A stretch of 52,078 bases of DNA, filler included, from Bipalium vagum (Eukaryota): NCBI GenBank assembly GCA_037834085.1. It is 3 parts of 3 records of this genome, joined end to end, with 100 filler letters (N's around TTAATTAATTAA, not from the genome) between each part and the next. Parts side by side here need not be neighbours in the genome. Positions count along the whole stretch, not along the records: positions 16,230 to 35,297 come from JBBMKC010011778.1; positions 35,398 to 52,078 come from JBBMKC010098601.1; 1 more part is not named here. One strand, given 5' to 3'. How positions within the stretch are numbered: position 1 is the stretch's first letter; the number at the start of each line of letters is the position of its first letter. A program made the translations under genes and the position numbers. This document shows positions 25,891 to 36,957 of this stretch, one piece after another. The notes under the pieces are model-generated. The model was not told where the DNA came from. It did not search any database and was given only the letters and a program-made list of their open reading frames with translations.

Positions 25891-26320
25891 TGTTACGATA
25901 TTAACTCACTTTGAACCCTATCGTAACACTTAGCTCGCAAAGTTACTGACCCCTTCACTTACCCTATACGTGTACGCTATTAAATGAATCAAACAATTAT
26001 GAACAACACTTTATTGTAAAATAACAATACAAACGAAAAGTGTCAAATAATCAGTGAATGTCTGAAATTAAATGTTTTTACACAAAAAGAAAAATTACAT
26101 ATTATCCTACTAAAAATAATAATAATCAATAATCAAATAATTAAAAGTTAAGGTCAAATAAGTGTTGAAAAAGAAAGAACAAAACTGAATAAAATTTAAA
26201 CATTCTCACCACTGGTGAACGATAGGTCCAAAGGATGGTTATCTGAGCCCAATCCGGTCCACTCAGAAACCCCCTAACCGTACAGGACCCGTCGTGTGCT
26301 CCTGTCGCATAGAGGGCATC
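25891..26320 (-). mobile_element. LTR-like repeat, copy 1 (only the part shared with copy 2 is delimited)
   Basis: Starts TGTTACG and is colinear with 30449-30862 up to tcctgtcgcatagagggcat. 10-bp terminal hairpin at 25891-25928; AATAAA on the minus strand at 26015-26010. Confidence 0.7.
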
Positions 26321-28072
26321 AATATAAATTACTATTTCAAAAGTAATCTTCGGATAATAGCGGGTTCTCTTCTGACAGCTCTTGATCCTTCTGACAATAG
26401 TGTTAAGTTTTGTGAGAGTTTGTACAACTTATCTTAATCTGACTCCTTAAGGTAGTGTACCGATCACAAATAAGGCAAACAAAACGATTTTTAACTTTTA
26501 TTTTTAATACACTTTTTACAACTTTTTAAAAGGTTTATCTTTTACTAAAATCAAAATGACAATATATTTTTAATTAAAGAAGATACTCAATCTACACCAG
26601 GAAATGTGTAGATGCCCTGAAGTAAAATAAGGAATCTGATAACTAGTTTAACAGATCGTAATTGCTAGAATAAAACACAAAAAGAAGAATCCGGAAATTT
26701 AAATTGAACAAAAACTAAAACGTGAAATTATATTCGCGTTCTGTAAAGTTAATTTATTTATTAAAGTGAATATAATAATTCACTTACACTTTAATTAGTA
26801 TACTTTTTCCTGTCCAAAATGAGTTATGATAAACTCTATATATAGTTATAATAAACTATTATTAGCTTTCAATTTTTATTTCATAGTTATAATAAACTAA
26901 GAATTTTTATGATTTTTCTTTGGGTATTTATACTAATTTTTATTATGTGTGCCAGCATTCCTACAATTATCATTGGTTTATTTCCAAATCACTCCGGCGC
27001 TCACGCCCCAGTCAATTTTCATCACTACTTATTTCATCCATCCATCTCCGATCCCGATTTTACCCAAGTATTATTTTTATTTTGTTTTATTTTTTTTTAA
27101 TTTATTTTAATTTATTATTATCATTTAATTTATTATTATTAAGTTTCAGACCTCACACGCTGCTCCGACCCCGCAGCCATTTTGATCCTGCTACACAGCC
27201 TTGTGGACATGTTTTTAGGTTAGATTATTTTATTCTTTTATATTATTATTTACTTTATTATTATAATATATTGTCGGTTGCTGTGTCATTTATCAGTTTT
27301 GATAATTTTTAAAACTCTATATGGGTCTGTCTATCAAATTTACTTTTTATTGATTTATTGATAGTGAAATCCATACTTAAAAATTTGAAGTTCCAAAAAT
27401 ATTGAAAAGAGAAATTATTATTGTTATCGATTAGTTTTTATTACCACTGTTCATCATTGTCCTTCACCATTATTAATCTATATTATTTTGTTTATTTAAA
27501 AAAAAATAATTAAATTGAATCACTAATACAATATTTAATGACAAATATTTAATATTTAAATATTTAAATTTGAATTTTAAAGATTATCTTCATTTTTGCC
27601 AATTCTAAAAATTTTAAGTTTGTAAGCCTTTTATTATTATTCGGATATGGGGTTAAGTAAAATCTTATTATTTAAACGGTGATTTTAAATTAAAAATTAA
27701 CAATCACCTTAAAAGTGAAAAATATTTTTAGTAACTGTCTTAGTTTTTTAAATTTATTAATTTTAATTGAAAATTTAATCTTTTACCCTAAAAATAATAT
27801 ACTTATGCGTTGTTCTGGACGAAATAAAAATTTATTTTTAATTCAAATCAATAACCTATACGAGATTAAATAGCTAACAATTCAAGCCACATGTAAAATC
27901 AATCACAATTACTAAAATATTTAGAAATTAAAATTAAAAACTAAATAAATCTATTTTAACACATTTTGAATAAAATTTTTAATAAACTTAAAAATTAAAT
28001 TTCAAAAATCCACAAATAATCAATTTTCACTTTTTATTAAAACTAATAAATACAATTTTGTTAAGTGATGCA

Positions 28073-29805
28073 CTAATTAGAATCAACATTGTCCTTAGCC
28101 ACTTCCGATCTTTCAACACCGGCGGAACCTTCTCGGTCACTGCAAGCCGATTTTACAGATTCTCGATCACAAGAGGAAGCTGATCTGCTTTTGGTATTTG
28201 ATCGACTAACGGAAACACTACGATTACGTTCCTTGGACCTGTAATTCGTAGACTCCTTTTTTTCAACTGATCGTGAACGAGACATTGACCGACTCACCGA
28301 TTTGGACTTTTCATCGTCTTCGCCAACCCATTTCTGAGAAAATTGAAAAATTAAAATTATCAACAAAAAAAATAATCCAATATTTTTAAAAATTAACCTA
28401 ATATCAATTTATATTCGACAATTCTAAAAATTTACCTGAGCGGGACTTTTGGATTTTGAGAACGACTTCGCACCACTTCTCGATTTTTTGCTAGTAGATC
28501 GCTTGCGACTAGAAGAACGTCTTCGACTGCGGGATCTTCGCTTGCTTGATTTACTTCGGGATCGACTTCTCGACTTGGAACGACTGCTGCTTCGTCTCCT
28601 GGAAGACCGGGATCGACTTCTTGACTTTCTCTTGGAACCACCACCTCGATCTTCGTAGACTTTCAATTTGTAACCATAAAGTTCGTAGCCATCGTACTTT
28701 TCTATTGCTGCTCTCATATCTGAACTATTGGAAAATTCGACCACTCTTGATTTTTATTAAAAACTGATAGCTATTGAAATCTTTAAAATTACCCCTGATT
28801 TGGTCTCAATTTGTGAGCATCTGCGAAAGTTACTTCACCAACCTTTCGCATCAGATCTTTCAAGTCCTGAACAACAAATAAAAGATAAAATTGGCAGCGA
28901 AGTTCCCCAGTGCTCTCTCTCTGTCTCAGTTTCAATTTAGCCAATCTTTAAAAGTCCACACACAAGCGAGACCATTAGAGAGAGCGTCAGTTAAGTAATG
29001 GATACATCTGGACGCAAATAAAGCTAATCTTTAGGCGACTGAAATCTTACTGGATCCCAAGTTCATCCCAAAATCCAGGTTCACTCTAAGGATCACATCA
29101 ATGGGCGCCCTCCACTTTTACAAACAAGGCAATAACAACACCACATCACATCACATTTAAGCTTCAACAGGTGTGCCACCCACTAATTATCAGACTGAGA
29201 TGATGCGACCACAGATTTGATGCTAATTTAGAAAATTTGTTTACAAAATTATTATTTCGTAGTATACATTTTTATTTATTTAAAAATTGATATTAATTTC
29301 GATGTCTTAACTGAACCCTATGTTTTATTGACATGACAAAAAAATTTTTACAGAAAACTTCACTCACTTGCCAGCTCACTCTTGACGATAAGTCGTCTAC
29401 AATGATTCTGTGTTCTGATCGAATAGGCTTTCTGGAGTTATATCTAAAACCAGAAATCAGAAAATTATTAGGAACCTAAAAAAATTACCTATCGCGTGAT
29501 TCTCTGTTGTCATAACGATTATTTCGATAATCTTGGCCTCTAAACCCACGATCCCCTCCGCTACCTCTGTCACCACCAAATCGTGCATTGGATCTTGCCA
29601 TTTCAACGGTCACCCGTTCTCCCAGTAATTTAGATCCATCCAAATCATGGATTGCGTCTTCAGCATCACGGCGATCATCGATTTCAATGAAGCCATATCC
29701 GCTTTTCAAATCAACACTTCGTATACGTCCATATTCGCGGAAGAATTTCTTAATATCTCGTTCTTCAACCCTTCGCGGTAAATTTCCGATATATAAACGT
29801 GGCAT
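28073..29805 (-). CDS. SRSF4/5/6: SRSF4/5/6-family (B52/SRp55) SR splicing factor, 345 aa; exons 29805-29489, 29443-29368, 28866-28793, 28745-28436, 28333-28073
   Basis: RRM1 [24 protein letters not shown]; pseudo-RRM [14 protein letters not shown]^[19 protein letters not shown]^VVEFS; long RS domain. All four introns (45, 501, 47, 102 nt) are GT-AG and the exons sum to 1038 nt in frame. Confidence 0.96.
29051..29222 (-). promoter_or_regulatory. Candidate poison exon / alternative 3' splice-site extension of the SR gene
   Basis: Acceptor ttttctaaattag|CAT at 29223/29222; in-frame [10 protein letters not shown] then TGA TAA; candidate donor CCA|gtaaga at 29050; GC content steps up at the acceptor. 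Confidence 0.7.
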
Positions 29806-29852
29806 CTGGCTTTCAAAGATTAAAGTTAAATCATTATTAAAAAAATGTCTAC
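29806..29852 (-). other. Probable 47-nt 5'-UTR intron of the SR gene
   Basis: AAG|gtagac...gaaagccag|ATG; same length class as the 45- and 47-nt coding introns. Confidence 0.55.
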
Positions 29853-30448
29853 CTTAAAATGGCTGCTTTCAATGAATTGGTTTCACTAAATATAAACAAA
29901 TTTCATTCCACATCATTAATGAAAATTTATTTTCCTTTAAAAATAAGAATCTTATTTAATTATTAATTTCATATTTTTAGTTATAATTTTTAAGATTAAA
30001 GTTTAAATAAGTTTTTATTTTAAGTATATTTCAAGATTAAATAGATTTCTAAATCGTATTAGATAACTTCAAAAGTATAAATGAAGTACAAAAAGTATTT
30101 AATTGTTGAAACTTATTAAATAACATTGAAAATTATACTTTTCAATATATTAATTTAATTAAATTGGTATTAATTAATCTTTAATTAAGTAACTACGGCA
30201 GATGAAATAAATAAAAATTCAAGATAATGTTAGGATAGCATCAATTATTCTAATTATCAAATAATTCCACGATAAGTCATTCTTCAGATTTCAAAAAATA
30301 TCGTTATAAAAAACTTAATTTATAATAATCATGGGTTTATAACTAATAATCAATATATAGAGTTTTATTTTTTATATAAATGTTCTGATTTTAAAAGTTA
30401 ATTTTAAAGATTACACTTTTCAATTTTATAAGTTTGGATTTTTATATA

Positions 30449-31357
30449 TGTTACGCTATTATTTCACTATGAACACTGTCGTAACACTTAGCTTGCAAAG
30501 TTTACTGACCCCTTCACTTTTGCTTATACTTGTACGCAAATAAATGAATCAAACAACTACGAACAACACTATTGCTAAAAAACAATAACAAAATGTTTCA
30601 AATGATCAAGAAAATGTCTTCAATCAATCACACTGAAAATCAACGACAATAATAATCAATTAAATTAAAATCAGATAATTAAATCTCAATATCAATTAAA
30701 AGTCAGTAAGAATTAATTTAAAAAGTAAAAAAACAAAATCAAGATATTCTCATCACTTGTGACGACAGGTCCAACTGGTGGTTTGCTCAGCCCAATCTGG
30801 TCCGCTCAGAAACCCCCTAACAGCACAGAACCCGCCGTGAGATCCTGTCGCATAGAGGGCATAAAGAATGACGAAAAACCTTTTGATGAATATCTCGAAT
30901 ATTTCGTAGTCGAATGTCTCGTGGTCAAGTATCTCGTATCCTTTTTCTGACGAAAATCTTAGATGTCTCGTAGTTGAAACCTCGTGGTCACGAAAATTTC
31001 TTTCGGAGAATTTTATGGCAATCCACTGCGGCTTCAGTATCCTTATATACTATTCTGATCAGACGATCAATCAATCGTAGACCAGATTTATCAATGGGGA
31101 ATGTCAATTCCCTTTTTAGCTTGTTAATTCTAAATCGTTCCCTCCTTGAGGACCCTGATCTAATCTTGACAATTTAGGTTCGCCATTGTCAAGATTAGAT
31201 CCCTTTTGGAAATAATTAATTGCTCTCTTTTTGTTTGAATGTAATTTTTAATTAATTAATTAATTATTATTATTATTATTATTTTATTTCTGACCCTTTT
31301 GCGGTCTTAATAATTAATTGATAATAACCAATCTAAACCCTATTATGGTCTCTAACA
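30449..31357 (-). mobile_element. Solo LTR (909 bp), copy 2
   Basis: TGTTA...TAACA inverted ends; TATA/TATG flanks (4-bp TSD with 1 mismatch); TATATAA on the minus strand at 31049-31043; shares ~420 bp with 25891-26320. Confidence 0.75.
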
Positions 31358-32479
31358 TATGCTTTTACAAGGGTTTACAGGGATGTGTCCTTGGCTAACC
31401 CAATATATATATTTTTAAAATATATTTAAATGTTATAGTCTAAGTCATGCTTTGGTGCAACAACTTTGAAATCTTTTCAACCCTAGGATTACAGTTGCCA
31501 TATATCTTTAGATCTTGCTACAGGAAAACAACGATGACCAGTTATTTTCTTAAATATCAAAGCAAAGCTTAACACCCTTCACAAATAATCACTTAGAACC
31601 TTAATATGTTTTCTCCCTAATGATGTGTAAACTAATACACTTGATCAGTCACAAAATAGAAATTATTATTAACTCTTCTCTTTATCTTTCTTTCTCTCTT
31701 CTCTACTACCTTCTCCTCTCTATTAATACATTCAGGGCATATCCAAGTGAGCGGGGAAGGCAGACAACCAAACTGACAAAGCCATTTAACAAATACACAA
31801 AACCAAAAAGAAGAAAATTGTGTACGAAGCACATTTTCCTCGAAAGAGGCGTTTATTTTCATAACTAAATTTTTGTTGATGCCGATAAACAGAAAACTAA
31901 CCTTGTTTATCTTTGACAATTTTTGACTGAAAAATAAAAATTGTACATTTTTTGAGTATATTCGAATTTAAATTACCGTCTATGATTGGAATGTTAGATG
32001 TAAAACTTTAAGTAGATCGTAGGCTGTATATATTTTATTTAGGACCTGTTGAACTGATTCAAAAAAGTTACCAAAAAATCAACATAATTTTAAAATAAAT
32101 TAACCTTTTTAGAGTCGTCGAGTTTTAAATTTGTATGTTCACATAAATTCTGAAAAATAATAAATTCTGTATTCTGACCAAGATGTGATCGACGAGTGAA
32201 AAGCTCATTTAATATACTTATGAGAAAAATGAGAGATCAATTAAAGTAACCATATAATTTTTTGACCATAGTGCTCAGATATTTTTCGAAAATGCTCAAA
32301 TGCTGCAAAATGTACTTCACTGCAAACAAAATACTAGTTAGTTGATCAGACAAAGTCGTCCAAATTGACGAATCTCTATTTAGGTAATTTTTATTTTTAT
32401 ATATTTAATTTATTATTACATCTTTTTAAGAATACAAACCGGGAAAGAATACTAGATTATGAATTGTGGGTATTTCGGA

Positions 32480-33200
32480 TTGTCAATTAATCAACACCGA
32501 AGTCAATTTACATAAAATTAATGGACAATAAAGCCGCCTCAATATTAATACTGATCATGCAATCGGTATGCAAAAAGGTTCTGTAATTATGGGTTACTAA
32601 TTGAAGGGCTATTCCAAATTGTCTAAAGAAAATGATTATGTTCGTGTTTCTTATCCTTACAAGGAGCTTCGTATGCAATTTACAATAGCGTATCATCTAC
32701 ATTTTTTTATTAGTACTTGAATATGATAATATATCAAAATTGGAAAATAAATTTGTATTGGTCGTATATTTTGTTGCACATCACGTTCAGTTTGCAATAA
32801 CAGATCAATTATTTCTACTTCCTGATTTTCCTATGCTATTTTTAAGGCAGTTTTGCCATATTCATTTTTATAATAGATATTAATATTTGGATTCTACAAT
32901 AGTAGTCGATTGATGGATGTATCTGTTCTAAAACAAATGCAAAATGTAATTTTTTTTCGTCGTGTAATTGCTCCGTTTCCTTTTATATTAGCTGTATATT
33001 TATTATCAAGACCTACAATGTCGATTATCATGCGAACAACTGGAAAGAAAACGGCTACATATTCGATCAAATAAAAATCTTTTCCTTTGCTCTTGTTTTT
33101 ATTTAAAATGCAAGTTAATTGTGCTAAATAGAAAATTTGTCGAACCGATACTGTTTTTATTGCACTTTTCCTCATTATTACTGTTCTAGGTGATCCTGAA
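32480..33200 (-). pseudogene. Ankyrin-repeat pseudogene fragment
   Basis: Frame continuing ORF 32894-33223 reads LLL*NPNINIYYKNEYGKTALKIA*ENQEVEIIDLLLQTERDV (ANK consensus GxTALxxA..IxxLLL); weaker NYRTFLHTDC further on. Confidence 0.55.
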
Positions 33201-34879
33201 AAATTATGACAAAAACCTTCCAAATATCACTTACAAAATGACACCCAGAATCATCTTACGACATCTTAAAATCTCCAAGCATTATTATATCATTATTTTT
33301 ATTCCTAATTTTTCCGTTGACAAAGGTTGTTAACTGATCTTGTTAAATTGCCTTTCAAAATCTCTTCAGATAAAATAACATGGAACTACACTACACATGT
33401 TGTTTGTTCAACATGTAAATAAAAATTATAAATTCAAAATGATGATAAAATCTTGCTTCATGGTTCTCGATTTACTACCTCTATTGCACTCATAACTATA
33501 CTTTGTTTTATATCGATTTTAATCTTTTTACTTTTTTTATCTGATAAAATATTTAATTAATAAAAAATACTGTTGACATAAAATATAATCAAACCCATAT
33601 TGTTGACTCAGTGATGGTCGAAATGACAACATTATAGCAATCACAGCTTGGAGCAAGGATTTTAATGATATTTTATTGCTTCAACTAATGCAGTCACTCA
33701 GTAACACATCCATGCCTCATTTTTAAACAGAGTTGTGTCCAGGTCTTTTATATTTTCAGGATTGATCATGATTCCTCTGCGCCACAATTTTTATTCGCCG
33801 CAGAAAAACCCAAAGTCAATCCAATCCAAGTGTTCTAGTCAAATACCTCGCTTACCTATGCTAATCCATGTAATTTCATTATCTTCCTCAGTTAATATTT
33901 TTCAGACATAAAAAACACAATGTAGCTATTTATATAACCGTATTTAATAAATTTCCATATCAATAGTGGTTGAGGTTTTTAGAAGCTCAAAGCGAACTAA
34001 TCCACGTACTTTATTAATATATATTAATAGATAATAAGTATTTTAGATACCTATTAATATTTTCCCAAAATTTAGTTAAAATTCTAAGTAATTTTTCATT
34101 TTACTTACATTTATTTTTTGTTAAAATTGTTTTATTACTCGTATTGTCGCGAAGTGTTCACATAACACGACGCTAATTTACAGTATGGAGATTTCCACAG
34201 TTCGGTTTACCCTTCTTAAACATATCGGTACTCTCCTTTGGGATGACGTAAACTGTTCTCATTCAAAGTTCTTCAGACATTACAAGTTTATTGGTTTCCT
34301 TCCAAATTAAGGCAATTACATGTGACTAGAATTCTTAATAAACCTGCCAACATAAAATTCAATTCTTCTATTAAATTAATATCCAACGATGTTCATATTT
34401 TATTTATTTTTAACTACATTCTGCTCATTACTATTATGATTATAGAATTCTTCCTAGATTTTCCAACCTAATTACCACCTCTCCCCCAGGGCTCACAACT
34501 CAACTTTAGTAATTTATAATTTAATAAATGCATTTCAAATTTTAATATCTCCAATTCGGTTGTTTAATTGTCAACCTGACTCTAAAATCCTTAGTGATTG
34601 TGTTTGCTAATGCCCGACAAAGATTTATAAATCAACGAAAGGGAAGTTTAAAACTTTTATTTGATGTTAATAAAAAGTGTTAATAAAAAGGTTATCAGTA
34701 GTCTAGATCTGATATCTCAAGATCGTTTTAAAACCGTCGAAATAAAATAGAACAATAACGGTCTAACCATATAATCGATTCAATTAAATGGCATATAAAA
34801 GCTGTTTCATAAGTCACTTCAAAATAAAAATAATTTATTATCAATAAAAATAGGTAAGTTATAGTACAATTTAATGTAA

Positions 34880-35100
34880 TTTTATAATCAAGTCAGGAAC
34901 ATTTTTTCAGCCACTACAGGTTCCAATTGAGCAACCAAGTTTTCAATGGGTGCTGTAGTTGTCAGACGAGAAATGCTTGCCACTGCTATTATTTTTTAAG
35001 GGAAATCAATTCTTTTTTAGTTTTAGGCTGATTCTCATGATAAACTACTGGTTGTATATGACTCCATAGTCAGTAATTGCATGGACTTAAGTCTTTGCCA
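34880..35100 (-). mobile_element. DD37D/DD41D-type transposase C-terminal relic
   Basis: DLSPCNY*LWSHIQPVVYHENQPKT resembles DLxPxDYxLWG..VY..P.T. Confidence 0.55.
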
Positions 35101-35297
35101 AATTCTTCTTTTTCTACTTCGATATTGATCTGTTTTCATATCATAATGATGTTAAGTCTCTTAAATTTGGAGCTAACACTAAGAGCTTAACGGTAGAAGG
35201 TTGACTTTTATGCGTGTTCTTAAATATGATTTTTAATCGACTAAATGAATTTGAATTAACTGAGAAAACTAATTACTTTTCAAAACTTTATTGACAC

Positions 35298-35397
35298 NNN
35301 NNNNNNNNNNNNNNNNNNNNNNNNNNNNNNNNNNNNNNNNNTTAATTAATTAANNNNNNNNNNNNNNNNNNNNNNNNNNNNNNNNNNNNNNNNNNNN
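35298..35397. other. Artificial 100-bp contig joiner N44-TTAATTAATTAA-N44
   Basis: Identical structure to 16130-16229. Confidence 0.95.
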
Positions 35398-36957
35398 GTT
35401 AGTTTTATTTTTATATTTTAATTGTTTCCTTTTTTAATTTTGTACTTAAAATTATTCCTATATTTAAATTTTTAATATACTTTTTTGCTAGGTTTCTATT
35501 TTTAAAAACCTTGTAATTTCTATTTTTAATTTTTATATATTTTCTTTGTTTTAATATTTATTTTAATAATAATAATAATGATAATGATAATAGTAATAAT
35601 AATAATTATTCGTTAAGGCTCAAATTTATTTACTTTATTTAAAGATTCTCATTTTTACAATTTACAACAATAAAAAAAATTTTAAATATTTTTATTAAAA
35701 TAACAAATTGAATGGTTTAATAATCAATAAGTCGATAAATGAGTCAATTTCTCTTGAGTCTCCACAATACAAATAATAATAATACCAATAATAATAATTC
35801 TATTTTTATTTTTAATGATTTTAATAATTTTAATAAATAATTTCTCATTAATCAATTAAGAAGTAATCATTCAAAGATAGTGAGATTCAAAACTTGAGAG
35901 AAAGAAACTGGAAAATGTATAACTGAAGATATATACGCGGTGAAAAGTGAATTTCTTGGTGTAATGATGAAAATTCAACGTGAATGATAAAAGGTACCGA
36001 CTAACAAATTTAAAAGTTATTCCATGAATATTCCCATATAGAAACAGAGTTAAGAAAAGTTGTTTTAATCTTCAATAAATTATTAATTAGAGCATTTTTA
36101 GAGAAGATTAAAGGCGCTAGTCAAAATTTCAATAGTTCTTTCAGCACTGAGAAAAATTAATTACACTCAAAGTTCCATTTATCCACGATTTACAGGGATT
36201 GATTTTCGTCTCGAATTATCATTTGAAAGACAAACTTCATTTACGAAGACCAAAAGGATAATAAATGAAAACGAAGATGTCAATTTTTATTTTTAGTTTA
36301 CAATTACTAATTAGAAAAGATAACAAATATCTCTTACATCATCGTTGTCCGAGGTTTTTTCTTGGGAATATCATTACTAAAAGTCATTTTCCCTTTGAAA
36401 ATATGTATCTGTTTCTCATTCGTACCACATCTTTACGGGAAATAAATTTAATTATAATGAAACAAGTCTTACGAAGCTTTCAGTATTTTTAATATTTCTA
36501 AAAGCTGTCTACATTCATTATATATGGTAATTTATTTTCAATTTGATTAAACAAAATTCTATTTAAATCTCCGTGGATATGTTCAGAGAACAAAAATTAA
36601 TTAATGATATTTAAATTACCAATTACCGTGGCATTATTTCTGATGATGCACCTTGCTTTATCACTATCAATTATTATTTTGTAAGTAAAAATGAATTAAT
36701 TAATAAAAAGATGAATTATTAATTATTTATTAATTATAAAATAAATTGATTTTTAAAATTTGTCATAAAATTTTAATGATTTTATTGACAAAAATATTAG
36801 TTTAGAAAATATGAAAAATAGATAAAACTTATTGATTTAAGGTTTTTAATTAATATTAAAATTACCCATAAAGGAAATTTTATTTAATTTTCTCGTCAAC
36901 ATTAATTCTAAAGATTAAAACAAAGAATTTTAAACATAAAATTTATACTTTCTTGTA

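Noticed and set aside
26821-26900. Three spaced copies of agttat(a/g)ataaact, superficially repeat-spacer-like
   Set aside because: Short, irregularly spaced AT-rich local duplication in a eukaryotic context with no cas genes; not CRISPR.
28432-29857. Overlapping and antisense ORFs (28432, 28449, 28546, 29588)
   Set aside because: Shadows of the RS-repeat and RRM coding frames.
33310-33375. Minimal hammerhead-like CUGAAGA-GAUUUU-GAAA on the minus strand
   Set aside because: Stem I cannot form and stems II/III are marginal.
36636-36665. CTGATGA followed by a small hairpin
   Set aside because: No GAAA box, so not a hammerhead ribozyme.
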